A stretch of 64,000 bases of DNA from contig JBBRUX010000012.1 of the NCBI GenBank assembly GCA_038247415.1, positions 22,339 to 86,338 on the forward strand, given 5' to 3'. Numbering within the stretch: position 1 is the first letter of the stretch; the number at the start of each line of letters is the position of its first letter. Origin of the DNA: Chitinivibrionales bacterium (GTDB lineage Bacteria; Fibrobacterota; Chitinivibrionia; Chitinivibrionales; WJKA01). Shown one piece after another: positions 29,953 to 40,738 of this stretch. The notes beneath the pieces were generated by a model, which worked only from the letters and a program-made list of their open reading frames with translations, ran no database searches and was not told the DNA's origin. Both the position numbers and the translations under genes were made by a program.

Positions 29953-31080
29953 ATGTTTTTTCGAATTATATTAGTTTTGTCAGTAGTATTGGCGCTTACT
30001 ATAGTGAGTGAGGCTAATCAGACCATCATAGCGTATGGTGACAGCAGGACAAATGCATCTCAGCATCTGCAGGTACTGACAGCATTTGCAAAAATGAATC
30101 CCAATCTGGTACTGCATACGGGGGATTTGTGGGATGGGTATCCGCAGGCTATCTGGCAAGAGCACATTACCAGAAACCCGGTTACAAAGAAACTTAATGA
30201 TGATTCGCTATACCTCATTGCGCGGGGAAATCATGAGACCGAAGCTGCTGTTCTGGCGCTAAGGCCGGCCATGGTGAGAAATAACAGCATCAAATACTCT
30301 TTCGTGAGGGACAATTGTTTCTTCCTTTGCCTGGGGTATGAGCCCTCATCTTCCAACCTTACCTACGCACGCCAGCAACTCACTTCCACGGCAGCAAAAA
30401 CGGCGGATTGGCGGATCGTCTTTTTTCACGTCCCCATCTACAGCAGCGGAGAACACGGCGGAAGTCAGAACTCAACCTTCATCGGACTGTGTGATAGCTT
30501 TAAAGTCAACGCTGTCTTCAGCGGCCACGATCACATCTACGAGCGTAGCTATCTTATGTATAAGAATCTTCCTCGATCAACTTCCAAGACTATCACCGAC
30601 AGCCTTGGCACCTTATACATCGTCATCGGTGTTGGCGGAGCGCCGTTTTATACGGTAACAGGCGGAACGTGGACAGGATTCAAGTTGGCAAACACGCTTG
30701 CCTTTTGTGCCATCAAGACAACGCCGACATCATTGAGAATCGAGACGCGGAAGACTGATACGACCTTGATCGAAGCAATTACCTGGACCAAGCCCTCAAC
30801 AGGAGTCGCGCCCCGAGTAGCCCAGGAAGTTTCGCAGACTGCGGGTATGACAGCGCAATTTTCTGCTTCATCAAAAATGGTCACGCTCTCAAACGTTCCG
30901 TTCACTGGCAATCTGATAGTTGAGATTTATGCGCTCGATGGCAAGAAGGTGTCAACCAGCGCGATTACTGCGACCGGCTTATCGGCGCAGGTGTCGATCG
31001 GCAATGTAGCCTCGGGAGCGCATGCGGTATGCGTGCGTAAAGGAGAAGCCTGGCTGTGGACGCCTCTGGTGGTGAAGTAG
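29953..31080 (+). CDS. Secreted metallophosphoesterase with C-terminal sorting-like domain
   Basis: Signal peptide; YGDSR, HTGD, RGNHE, FHVP, SGHDH.YER; CTD EIYALDGKKV. Confidence 0.88.
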   Translation: MFFRIILVLSVVLALTIVSEANQTIIAYGDSRTNASQHLQVLTAFAKMNPNLVLHTGDLWDGYPQAIWQEHITRNPVTKKLNDDSLYLIARGNHETEAAVLALRPAMVRNNSIKYSFVRDNCFFLCLGYEPSSSNLTYARQQLTSTAAKTADWRIVFFHVPIYSSGEHGGSQNSTFIGLCDSFKVNAVFSGHDHIYERSYLMYKNLPRSTSKTITDSLGTLYIVIGVGGAPFYTVTGGTWTGFKLANTLAFCAIKTTPTSLRIETRKTDTTLIEAITWTKPSTGVAPRVAQEVSQTAGMTAQFSASSKMVTLSNVPFTGNLIVEIYALDGKKVSTSAITATGLSAQVSIGNVASGAHAVCVRKGEAWLWTPLVVK

Positions 31081-31125
31081 TGTGTAGGCGGTTTTGAAAT
31101 GTGTCATTAAAGCGAAGGAGTAATT

Positions 31126-31620
31126 GTGCTTATAAAACAAGTATCGAAAAGAGCGACGTTCATTCCGAACGTTTTGATGGTGCGACTGGAAGGGTCAAAG
31201 CTCTTCCTCGAATACAATGGAACCAGTGGGGCTGTACTGACAAACTCATATCAGCTAGGCACGATTTTCACTATAAAGTTCGAGGCATCTAGCGGCCATG
31301 TCAAGACCTACTTCAATGATGCTTCGATCCCGGCCGATGATTTTGCTGCAAACGAAACCGGGTGTTACTTCAAAGCCGGGTGCTACACGCAGTCGAATGT
31401 CTCCAAGGGCGATATCGCGACGGCGTATGGCGAAGTGGTGATTTACGATGTTCGTGTGACGCATCAGGCTTCAGCAGGACTTAGCGAAAAAACTCTACCG
31501 GTTCCGGTGTCCCACTCTTTGTCAATACCTAACGGTCGAAGTGGGTATACCGCATCGGGTCGGAGAGTTCCGCGTATGTCAGCGCAGTACCTTCATGCGC
31601 TAGGACATATTCTTCCATGA
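31126..31620 (+). pseudogene. PL7 alginate-lyase-like gene with in-frame internal deletion
   Basis: RBS and a short N-terminal start fused to VLMVRLEGSKL...CYFKAGCYTQSN (PL7 C-terminal motif); QIH motif absent. Confidence 0.7.
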
Positions 31621-32297
31621 TTCCTTGGAAATTACTCGACTCAGTACAGGTGCCAGGTGGCAGCGGGAAACTCGATCTTTACAAACGTGACGACGAGTAC
31701 TCCATTCGCGTGGATGGTCGGGAGCTCATGAACAGTCGCATGTGTGGATCCGAAGAAGCCCTGGCGAAGCTCGCCTGTGAGCGAATGAAAAAACGTCCAG
31801 ATCCACGGGTTTTGATTGGGGGTTTGGGCATGGGCATGACCTTAGCTGCTGCACTGGGGCAGCTTGGTTCGCGCGCGCGGGTCGACGTAGCCGAACTAGT
31901 GCCTGCGGTGGTTTCATGGAATCGGAGTCATTTGGCTCTTTTGAGTCGGAACGCGCTTAACGATCCTCGGGTGTCGGTCCATGTTGTTGACGTTATGCTC
32001 ATGCTGGGAAATGCATCGGGGATCTTTGACGCGATAATACTAGACGTAGACAATGGCCCTCACAGTCTTACGAGTAACGCAAATGACAAGCTCTATTCTC
32101 TTGCTGGACTCTCTGCCTCTTTTAAAGCTCTGCGGTCAGGAGGCGTTTTGGTAATCTGGTCGGCGGAGCCCAATAAGGCATTTGCGCAGCGGCTGAGACA
32201 CATCGGTTTTGACGTGGAAGAGGTCTGCGCCCGGGCCCGAACTGGCAGTAGGCGAGGGGGCCGGCATACGATTTGGGTGGCGGCACGGAGGTCGTGA
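31617..32297 (+). CDS. Spermidine-synthase-like SAM-dependent transferase
   Basis: LMNSR..GSEEALA, VLIGGLGMG.TL, DAIILDVDNGP. Confidence 0.85.
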   Translation: MIPWKLLDSVQVPGGSGKLDLYKRDDEYSIRVDGRELMNSRMCGSEEALAKLACERMKKRPDPRVLIGGLGMGMTLAAALGQLGSRARVDVAELVPAVVSWNRSHLALLSRNALNDPRVSVHVVDVMLMLGNASGIFDAIILDVDNGPHSLTSNANDKLYSLAGLSASFKALRSGGVLVIWSAEPNKAFAQRLRHIGFDVEEVCARARTGSRRGGRHTIWVAARRS

Positions 32298-32932
32298 TAG
32301 AAACCCTCTATGCGCCCCAATGTCAAGGGTCAATAGAAGATACCTGACCAATAAGAAATAGTGCGCGGTTGGGGATCGATGCTTTTGAGAAATGCATTTT
32401 GAGTGCTCGATGAAAATGCAAGTTTAGTAACTGGCAGGGTGCTGAAATGATTGTCCAGAATGCTGCAGAAGGGATACGTTGTTTCCGATAGCGCATTGTT
32501 AAGCGCTATCCAACCGCCCTTGTCAAAAATACTATCCTTGCGATACAAGATGACATCTGAGGCAAAAAGAGCGTTGCTTATCAATTGTATAGGCAGCTAT
32601 AATCGACGGCGGCAAAAAGGAAGGCGTCTAAGGGCCGGGGTATCTTCTGCGTACCTGAAAGGATCCGATCTAACAACGGGTTTGTATCTCCTCACAGCAG
32701 ATAATTGGATTCGATTGGGGGCGAATCAACTACGTATTACTCGGTGACAATGCTAATCTGCTTTTTGTGTTGATTTAGTGCTCAATACCTGCTATTTTAA
32801 AAAGTTCCGAGACTGGAAAAGCCCGTTGGCCATGGCGGCACGGCAAAAAAAGTGCAAATGTAAATATTATTCTTTTACAAGCTAGCCCATTCCAATAAAT
32901 TCAAGTAACTTTTATATGTCAATAGTATTCGC

Positions 32933-33658
32933 ATGAACGCAACAATTTCTCAACGACTTATTTTTTGGAGCCGCAATCTTCGCTATCGTCGAATATTCGA
33001 TGTGTTACGTCGCGTCTGCACGGGGTCGGTCTTGGATATTGGCGGTGGATTCTTTTTTGAAGCGAGTATACGTAAACAGAATTTTCAATTCGACCACTGG
33101 ATCATTCTCGAGCCCAATGCCACGCAAGCGGAAACCGTTGGCGCGCAGACGGTGATTGCCGATGGATGCACGCTTCCGTTTGAATCAAATAGCTTCGATA
33201 CAATTCTTTGCATTCATGTACTCGAACATGTCTTTGAGCCAAATAAACTTATTGCAGAAATTAGTCGTGTGTTAAAGCCGGGAGCACAGGCGGTTATTGT
33301 GTTTCCGCAAACAGCTGGCCTTCATTCGATTCCTCAAATCTATTACAACTTTACTCCCTACTGGATAGAAAAGGCATTACAAACAACTGGGTTGACTATT
33401 GAGCATTATGCTGGACTTGGTGGCGTTTGGTCATCGGTTGCATCGGATATGGCATACTTCTTTTTTAAGATTTTTAATCTACCCGGATACTCCGAAACAC
33501 GTTTTCAATCCAAACGCCCATTTCTTTTTTATCCGTTGCTACCGGTAATGATTCTTGCAGCAATAGTGCTCCTGCCATTGGGGTTAATTTTGAGCTTGGG
33601 GGATTTGCGCGAAGAAGCCAATAATCATATTGTCGTAGCTGTCAAGCCACGATCCTAA
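32933..33658 (+). CDS. Class I SAM-dependent methyltransferase (type 11)
   Basis: VLDIGGG, LPFESNSFD, HVLEHV, EISRVLKPG. Confidence 0.88.
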   Translation: MNATISQRLIFWSRNLRYRRIFDVLRRVCTGSVLDIGGGFFFEASIRKQNFQFDHWIILEPNATQAETVGAQTVIADGCTLPFESNSFDTILCIHVLEHVFEPNKLIAEISRVLKPGAQAVIVFPQTAGLHSIPQIYYNFTPYWIEKALQTTGLTIEHYAGLGGVWSSVASDMAYFFFKIFNLPGYSETRFQSKRPFLFYPLLPVMILAAIVLLPLGLILSLGDLREEANNHIVVAVKPRS

Positions 33659-33735
33659 TACTCCAGCGCACAACAGCCATCAACCCGTGGTCGATCGTTT
33701 TGCACGCGCCAGGCGGCGTTACTATGAAGCTCTAC

Positions 33736-34641
33736 CTACGTTCGTAAAGAAGCCAACGTACTAAACAAATCAATCTCTTGTGCGCTGAGATGGTCGGGAA
33801 TTTGTATGTCGAGTTTTACAAATACGTCGCCGAAATCATTTTTTTGCCCAAAGAGAGGCATTCCTTGTCCGTGAAGACGTAGCTCCGTACCGTTTTGAGT
33901 TTCTTTGGGGATTGTTACTTTTACTGCACCTTTAAGTGTTTTGACCAACGCTTTGCCACCAAGAACTGCGGTGTATAGTTTTACTTGACAGGAACAAAAA
34001 AGATCGTTGCCTTTACGATGAAATTCCTGGTGGGGTGCAATTTTAATGGTAAGATAAAGATCCCCATTTGAACCATTATTGTACCCGGGCATTCCTTTTC
34101 CTACAATTCGCAAAACGTGAAGGTGCGCAATACCTGGTGGGATTGTTACCCTAATTTTCTGCCCTTCGAGTTGAATGGTGCGCGTCGTACCGTGATATGC
34201 TTCGTCTAGCGTTAGTGTTGTTTCGGTTTTGAGATCTTCTCCTGAAATAGCGGGGCTTTTCCGCTGTCTGGGTCCGCCCTGACGCCCGAAAAGAAACTCA
34301 AAAATGTCTGACTCATCGCCGTCAAACTGTGTCCCGAAATCCCGGTCATTTTGAGATTGCGCTGGCCTGTACTTATTCCAGTCGAACCCCTGTTGCTGCG
34401 GGCCTCTTTCTTCGTACTGTTTGTATTCTGCTCCAAAGGTATCATATTTTTTTCTTTTGTCGGGATCGCTTAAAACCTGGTTTGCATCGTTAAGATCGTT
34501 GAATGTTTCAGCAGCAGCCTTATTGCCCTTGTTTTTGTCGGGATGAAATTTGAGTGCAAGTTTCCGATAGGCCTTTTTAATTTCGGCCGTTGTTGCCGTT
34601 TTTGGCACTCCTAATATCTGATAATAATCTTTAATATTCAT
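33736..34641 (-). CDS. CbpA-like class II DnaJ protein
   Basis: [15 protein letters not shown]-domain, GDLYL; no Zn finger. Confidence 0.92.
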   Translation of the reverse strand: MNIKDYYQILGVPKTATTAEIKKAYRKLALKFHPDKNKGNKAAAETFNDLNDANQVLSDPDKRKKYDTFGAEYKQYEERGPQQQGFDWNKYRPAQSQNDRDFGTQFDGDESDIFEFLFGRQGGPRQRKSPAISGEDLKTETTLTLDEAYHGTTRTIQLEGQKIRVTIPPGIAHLHVLRIVGKGMPGYNNGSNGDLYLTIKIAPHQEFHRKGNDLFCSCQVKLYTAVLGGKALVKTLKGAVKVTIPKETQNGTELRLHGQGMPLFGQKNDFGDVFVKLDIQIPDHLSAQEIDLFSTLASLRT

Positions 34642-34703
34642 GTGCTTTTTTCGTATTGTTGAGGGGTTTGATTTTTAAAACAAATTCTTAGCAATTTAAA
34701 TAA

Positions 34704-35336
34704 CTACCTTTGCAGGTTAACGTAGGTTTCCAATGGTTTTCCACTTGAAACAACAACTCGCGCATGCTGGATTATTTTTCCTTTAAGGGTATAACCATGA
34801 CCTAGCACTTCTACGATATCTCCTTCGGATAGTGTTTGGTGAGGTATATACATAAGTGCATCGTGAAGCTGGGGGTCAAATTTCTGACCCACGTCTCCGT
34901 ACATTTCCAAACCATTTTTTTTTAATAGAGCATTTAACTTTGCAGCGTTCAGTTTCATTCCTTCAAAAAAGATTTCGCTCGTGCTTTTTGATTTAAAAGC
35001 ACTTTCGAAATTCTCGCGCACTTCAATAATGTCTTTAATTAAGAGCTCATTTGCTGTCTCAATGATACGCTCATATTCGTGAGCAGTTCGTCGCTTGTAA
35101 TTGTCAAATTCGGCCATAAGACGAAGATATTTATCTTTTGATAAGGTACCTTGTTTCTGGAGACTCTCGTTATTTTGAGCTTTTTCACCCAATAATCCCT
35201 CTTTGGATTTTTCCAAAGGGCTCATTCCCGTGTGTTCTGAGAGACCAAAAGGAAGCTCTTCATCTAAAAATTCGGGGTGCTTGTCTGAACTATGCTTCAT
35301 GTTCATAATCCCTTTCGTTCCTTTCTTGAGTGCCAA
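34704..35336 (-). CDS. grpE: Nucleotide exchange factor GrpE
   Basis: LRLMAEFDNYKRR, FDPQLHDA, GYTL....ARVVV. Confidence 0.9.
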   Translation of the reverse strand: MALKKGTKGIMNMKHSSDKHPEFLDEELPFGLSEHTGMSPLEKSKEGLLGEKAQNNESLQKQGTLSKDKYLRLMAEFDNYKRRTAHEYERIIETANELLIKDIIEVRENFESAFKSKSTSEIFFEGMKLNAAKLNALLKKNGLEMYGDVGQKFDPQLHDALMYIPHQTLSEGDIVEVLGHGYTLKGKIIQHARVVVSSGKPLETYVNLQR

Positions 35337-35448
35337 TGGATACTATACTGGTAAGGTTTATGCTTTTTGGTTTTTAACGCATGCACATGAACTATATTGG
35401 CAAGATAAGCCATTGCAGCAGGGCCCCTTATAAAAGGACTAATGCCTT

Positions 35449-36132
35449 ATGGAAAATACAATCCGCTTTTTTTTATTCGTCCACCTTATTCTGGCAACAA
35501 CCATTCTCTATGCGACCGACCGCGATGTCATTAAAGATGTTCCCGATGACGTTTATACTGCTTTACAAGTATCTGAAGCTGGACTAACTTCCAATGTTTA
35601 CAATCTTGCAATCAAGGGCCTCCGAAAACTTGAGGCAGAAGGCAAATTACAGAATTTAAATATTGTAACCATCGTTGACTATTCGCAATCAAGCAATAAA
35701 AAACGGCTCTATGTCATAGATTTGATACACAAAAAACTTTTATTCAATACCTATGTTGCCCATGGCCGTAAAACTGGTGAAGAATTTGCCAAAACTTTCT
35801 CTAATTGTGATGGCTCCTATCAAAGTAGTTTGGGCTTTTATGTTACCGATCAAACGCTCATAGGTTCGCATACCGGATTTGCATTAACACTCAATGGCGT
35901 TGAAAAGGGCTTTAATGATAATGCTTGCAGACGTGCTATCATTATGCATGCCGCCGATTATGTCTCCGAAAGTTTCATTAAAAAGAACGGGCGATTAGGA
36001 AGAAGTTTGGGCTGCCCTGCGCTTCCTCCTGAATTGAATAAACCGATCATTGAAATCATAAAGGGCGGAACGTGTTTGTTCCTGTATAATCCGGATCCAA
36101 TATACATGTGTCAATCAACGCTCCTTAATTAA
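35449..36132 (+). CDS. Murein L,D-transpeptidase catalytic-domain protein (YkuD_2-like)
   Basis: DYSQSS.KKR, VAHG, SSLGFY, RAIIMH.A.Y, GRSLGCPA. Confidence 0.9.
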   Translation: MENTIRFFLFVHLILATTILYATDRDVIKDVPDDVYTALQVSEAGLTSNVYNLAIKGLRKLEAEGKLQNLNIVTIVDYSQSSNKKRLYVIDLIHKKLLFNTYVAHGRKTGEEFAKTFSNCDGSYQSSLGFYVTDQTLIGSHTGFALTLNGVEKGFNDNACRRAIIMHAADYVSESFIKKNGRLGRSLGCPALPPELNKPIIEIIKGGTCLFLYNPDPIYMCQSTLLN

Positions 36133-37437
36133 TCCGTACACATCATTTAAAAAGGTGACTGTTTTCCCATCGATTCGTACGGGCATGTAAATAATGAACG
36201 TTGGGATTTTATCGGGTAGCGGTTTGACACTTTGGACTTGATCTTTTTTACCTTCCTTCAATTCTTCTATGTCAAGTTTGCCTCGTAGTAATGCATTGGC
36301 AAGGTCAAACGGGTTTTCCAATCTGATACAACCATGACTAAGAAACCGGTACTCGTTTGCAAATGTTTTTTGATTGCTTGTTCCGTGCAAAAAAATACTA
36401 AAAGGGTTCTCTAGGTTGAATTTTACAACACCCAAAGCATTGTCTGAACCCGTAGCTTGACGGAAATAATAAGGAAAGTCTTTTTCGTTGAAATCGTTCC
36501 AATTGAGCCCATCATCATCAACCACAGTACTATTGGCATCAACTACATCAAAGTTGTTTTGTTCGAGGTAGTTTTCGTTTTTTTGGATTTTGGGCAAAAT
36601 TTCCTTGATTGCAATATCGCGGGGCACATTCCAATAGGGAAATGTTGTTATGCTCGGTATGTATGATGCGATTGTTGGTGTTTGAGTTGTTTTTTTACCC
36701 ACTACCGTACGCATTTTTAAAGCAAGCGCATTGTTCTTGAAATACCATGCCTCGGCTTCCGGAATATTTATCAAAACAAATTCCGAAGTGTGATTGAGAC
36801 TGAGATATCGTCGGTAATTCATTGCTACAATAATGATTGCGCGCTTTACTGTATCGGTTATTGTAAGGGAATCTTTCAAAAACTTTTTGTAAATAGTATA
36901 ATCGTGATCTTTGCAATCCAGCGACGAAATACTAGTAGAAACAGAATTCATGAACCCTGGTTTGAGCAATTGTGAAATGTACAGCGAGTCGCGATTAATG
37001 GAAATTTGATCATGATCGAAACGAGTACTGCCTTGCTGCAAACTCTTTATGAAATGCAGAATAACATCAGTGATAAGCGTATCAGTTTTTGCTTTCGAAG
37101 CGGCATCAATGGGGGGTTTCTGCGATAATAAAGCATGTATTTGGTCGATTTGGCCATGGTTTATAAGTACCCCTAAATTCTCCGATTCCTCAATAGCTTT
37201 AAGCCATTGGTTTGCTCGATCTATGCTTTTTCCTGACCAAAAATAATTTTTAGCCATCGAAAACCAGTTTACATTCGATTGAAACCAATACAGAGGCTGA
37301 TGAATTGTAGTATAAAACTTCTCCACCAAGAAATCCGTTTTTACGATTGTATCTTGAGCGAAAATCGCGCTTATACAACAACTGATAATTAAAGCTGCTC
37401 GGTGTATCGATTTAATAGTAATACCTTTGTTAGCCAA
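36115..37437 (-). CDS. L,D-transpeptidase family protein
   Basis: INIP, VVGK..TPT, PYWNVP, NALG.VKF, FLHGT, SHGCIR. Confidence 0.9.
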   Translation of the reverse strand: MANKGITIKSIHRAALIISCCISAIFAQDTIVKTDFLVEKFYTTIHQPLYWFQSNVNWFSMAKNYFWSGKSIDRANQWLKAIEESENLGVLINHGQIDQIHALLSQKPPIDAASKAKTDTLITDVILHFIKSLQQGSTRFDHDQISINRDSLYISQLLKPGFMNSVSTSISSLDCKDHDYTIYKKFLKDSLTITDTVKRAIIIVAMNYRRYLSLNHTSEFVLINIPEAEAWYFKNNALALKMRTVVGKKTTQTPTIASYIPSITTFPYWNVPRDIAIKEILPKIQKNENYLEQNNFDVVDANSTVVDDDGLNWNDFNEKDFPYYFRQATGSDNALGVVKFNLENPFSIFLHGTSNQKTFANEYRFLSHGCIRLENPFDLANALLRGKLDIEELKEGKKDQVQSVKPLPDKIPTFIIYMPVRIDGKTVTFLNDVYGLIKER

Positions 37438-37673
37438 ACTTAGAATGTCGACTCAATGTGCTGATTAATAGTAAATTAGCAATAATCAAGCCATGGAGAA
37501 AATCGCTGTGGGATTGCAGAAACAACAAATTTGCACGGTAAATCAGAACGATTTCCCAAATATGGGGAGTAGTGTATCGTTTACGCGAAATTTTAAGACG
37601 GTATACAGGCACAACATTTTTATACTATCGAAATATTATCGAATCAGTCATTTTTGAAAGATCACCTAGGATT

Positions 37674-39068
37674 TTACCTACAAAACCACAGGCCGAACTC
37701 CGAGAGCGCTGGGCATGATCCGTGCGCAATCACCCGCAGCCTGACCTTCTGCGTCGACACTGTTTGTGTGCGTTCTATGCGACGCGGGCCAATTGACAAT
37801 CCGGATGCAATCGTACACCAGGCTTCATTGATTTCGACTGCTACTTCATATTTGTCAATTCTCTGTCCAAGAGGCAGATGTTCCCGTAATCCCACCATAT
37901 TGAAGGTGACCGGGTTTGCGAACTCAAAAACAACTTTCCGCGGTTCCGGGCCATCATCTGTTGCCCAGTACGTTGCTTCATTGCTAGTAATCAAATTTTC
38001 GGGTCGGAATTGAGGATCATGCCCACGTGATGGGCCTAAAATCCTGCTGGCGGTAAGTGCGATATTTTTTGCAAAGGCCATTTCGCGAAGCTTGCGAAAA
38101 AGGGTAAGTTCCCTGATATCGTTCTCACAAATCAATCCGCGCCGGTCTGGCGGAACGTTAAGCAAGAGTGAAGCGCCACGGCCAACGGATTGTAGGTAGA
38201 GCTCGAAAAGCTCGCTCCCCTTTTTCACTTTTGAATCCTCTTCCTCGTGATAAAACCACCCAGGTCTGATCGAAACATCGCATTCGGCCCCAGCCCAATG
38301 GGTTCCCAAGCGTTCGCCGGAATTGAGCAGTTCTGTATCCGCAAGCCCCGGGTAAAAGTTGTCGCGGTTGTACGTGGCCCAACAGGGCACCCCGGCTATC
38401 CCGTTTTCGTTCCCAACCCAGCGGATATCGGGGCCACCATCACTGAAAATCGCCGCATGTGGTTGCAGTTTTCGCACAAGTTCCCAGGTAGCTTGCCAGT
38501 TGTAATATAATCTTTTGTCAATAAGTCGTTCCTCGCGCGCTCCGCCGTAATAGCCCTGCCCGCCATTTGCCCCATCAAACCAGACCTCAAAGAGTGGCCC
38601 ATAGTTTTCGAGAAGTTCCCTCAGCTGGTTGCGATAATAGTCGAGGTAGGATGGAGCGCCATAATCCGCCCGGTTGCGATCCCAAGGCGAGAGATAAATT
38701 CCGAATTTGACTCCTTGACTCTTGCATGCAGCAGACAATTCACCAACAATGTCGCCTGTGCCATTTCGGTAGGGACTGTTCTTGATTGAATGCTCGGTAT
38801 AGCGAGAAGGCCACAAGCAAAACCCGTCATGATGTTTACAGGTAAGAATTAAGCCTTTCATTCCAACTCCCGATGCAACAGAAACTATCTTTTCTGCATC
38901 AAACTGCGTTGGGCTAAAGACGGCTGGGTCTTCATCGCCATAGCCCCACTCTTTTCCTGTAAAGGTATTGGCGGTGAAATGAAGAAACCCGTAGTATTCG
39001 AGGTCGTGCCACTTGAGTTGCACGGGGGAGGGGATCGGGCCGAATGGTAAAGGAATGTGTGGAGACAT
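37674..39068 (-). CDS. GH29 alpha-L-fucosidase with C-terminal F5/8-like domain
   Basis: TCKHHDGFCLWPS, YLSPWDR, EVWFDGA, RWVGNE, DVSIRPGWFYH, LLLNVPP. Confidence 0.95.
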   Translation of the reverse strand: MSPHIPLPFGPIPSPVQLKWHDLEYYGFLHFTANTFTGKEWGYGDEDPAVFSPTQFDAEKIVSVASGVGMKGLILTCKHHDGFCLWPSRYTEHSIKNSPYRNGTGDIVGELSAACKSQGVKFGIYLSPWDRNRADYGAPSYLDYYRNQLRELLENYGPLFEVWFDGANGGQGYYGGAREERLIDKRLYYNWQATWELVRKLQPHAAIFSDGGPDIRWVGNENGIAGVPCWATYNRDNFYPGLADTELLNSGERLGTHWAGAECDVSIRPGWFYHEEEDSKVKKGSELFELYLQSVGRGASLLLNVPPDRRGLICENDIRELTLFRKLREMAFAKNIALTASRILGPSRGHDPQFRPENLITSNEATYWATDDGPEPRKVVFEFANPVTFNMVGLREHLPLGQRIDKYEVAVEINEAWCTIASGLSIGPRRIERTQTVSTQKVRLRVIAHGSCPALSEFGLWFCR

Positions 39069-39446
39069 AACGGTACTTTCTAATGTAATAAAAACCTACT
39101 ATTTAACGCTTTTTATTAAAATACGTTAAAAATGAAAGCCTGTTTTGAAGAATCTCTTTCCTGAGAATTCTACTCTATTATACACGAACTGCAACAGCGC
39201 CACTGCTTTCTGAACAATGATTTTAATGTGATACGCGAGGCATATTCCATCCTTTCACGGAATCCCCCTCAAAAAGTAATTTTTGGCTCTTAGTTGGCAA
39301 TCATGCATTTTTATTGTTGGCTCTAGTTTGGGCAATAAAATTACTATCACACTCTAGAAAACATGATACAGATCAGATACTTTCATCTTTTACACAAAAG
39401 GAGACGATAATGGCTTTAACAAAAAGTTTGCGACTGAAAAAAAACA

Positions 39447-40352
39447 ATGACTGCAGGTTCGAAGAGCATAGTGTATGGGGCTTTTGCTCTTATGTGCGGA
39501 ATGTCCCAAGAAGTTGCAGGTTTGAATTCTATCGGCGATATAAGCCCTTGGGAAGATAATCAGCTCAACGCCAATTCAATATACGTAACAAAGTTTACCG
39601 CATCATCATCCTTTACAGCCACCACTATGGGACTATTTTGGGCGGGCGCTCCAACGGGAACCATGAGCATGGCTATTTATGTAGACCTAGATGGAACTCC
39701 CGGCGCATTGCTTGACTCTACGGCAACTCTTACTGCGCAAGCTCCTAGAGATTCTGCAGGCTACCAGCAAGTGCCTTTGAGCACCCCGCTTCCCATGGTG
39801 AGTGGAACATCGTACTGGCTAGGCTTTAATCAAAGCTCTGCTTTGAATTATGTGGGGTTTGACCAAGGGGGAAGCGGCTATTCACTTGATACTGCCTGCT
39901 GTGGGTGGATTACAGCGTGGAGTGGTGGCACACAATGGGATGGAACTTTAACTATTTTTGCCGCCGACAGTATGTTAGGCACCGGTACTCCCCCTGATAC
40001 CACTACCGACACTACTGGAAACGATACAAGCGGAATAGAGTATAGGTACACGAGCCACCGGGGAACCCTAGGTTTGCAATCAATTGTTCTGAGAAATACG
40101 CCAACCATCCTCAGTGTTAATCTAGGACTTTCACTTTCTGCATTGTGCGGCGAAATTCGGCTTGAAATGTTTGATATGAATGGCCGCCGGGTTTGGAACT
40201 CGTTAGTCAACCGCCAGGTTCGAGCTGGCACATCCGTTCTTGCATTTGACCATGCCCAACCTGCCGGGACCTATCTCGTGCGAATTCATGCAACCGACCG
40301 GCAGGGAATATCCATAGGTAACTTCACAGCGTCTGTTATGATAACACGATAG
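39447..40352 (+). CDS. Secreted beta-rich hypothetical protein with CTD (true start may be 39410, offset by an A8 tract)
   Basis: Hydrophobic N-terminus, Thr/Asp linker, CTD EMFDMNGRRV..GTYLVR. Confidence 0.65.
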   Translation: MTAGSKSIVYGAFALMCGMSQEVAGLNSIGDISPWEDNQLNANSIYVTKFTASSSFTATTMGLFWAGAPTGTMSMAIYVDLDGTPGALLDSTATLTAQAPRDSAGYQQVPLSTPLPMVSGTSYWLGFNQSSALNYVGFDQGGSGYSLDTACCGWITAWSGGTQWDGTLTIFAADSMLGTGTPPDTTTDTTGNDTSGIEYRYTSHRGTLGLQSIVLRNTPTILSVNLGLSLSALCGEIRLEMFDMNGRRVWNSLVNRQVRAGTSVLAFDHAQPAGTYLVRIHATDRQGISIGNFTASVMITR

Positions 40353-40459
40353 GCTAGTTTCTCAAGCCATCAATCATTGTAGATCCCGCTTTGTGAATCA
40401 AGCATACTTTCACAAAGCGGCTCCGTCGATCCGCATATCCCTGCCGCCGCGCGGGCAAA

Positions 40460-40711
40460 CAAAACGGCATCGAAGTTTCACCGAGCAGCACGACCATGGC
40501 TGTGCAGGGGCGTCCGATGAGCGCGTCGGTGACGAAGGCGTCGAAATCGGTCGTGTACACCCTGCAGGGACGCAGAATCGCCGAGATCAACGATCCGGTC
40601 GCCGGCATGCTCCGAACGAACTCCACGCTCAAGCTGGCGCGTGGCATGTACTGCATCGTGAACGAATCGGCGAAGAAACCCGCTGTGATGTTGATTGAGC
40701 CATCACGATAG
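40460..40711 (+). pseudogene. C-terminal fragment of a secreted protein (CTD only)
   Basis: NGIEV followed by VVYTLQGRRI..ARGMYCIV; no 5' part. Confidence 0.55.
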
Positions 40712-40738
40712 TCAAAATTTATCAAAAGGAGGTTCGCA

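Noticed and set aside
33660..33730. GCACAAC...GGCGTTA segment resembling attC
   Set aside because: The ends are not complementary and there is no convincing stem.
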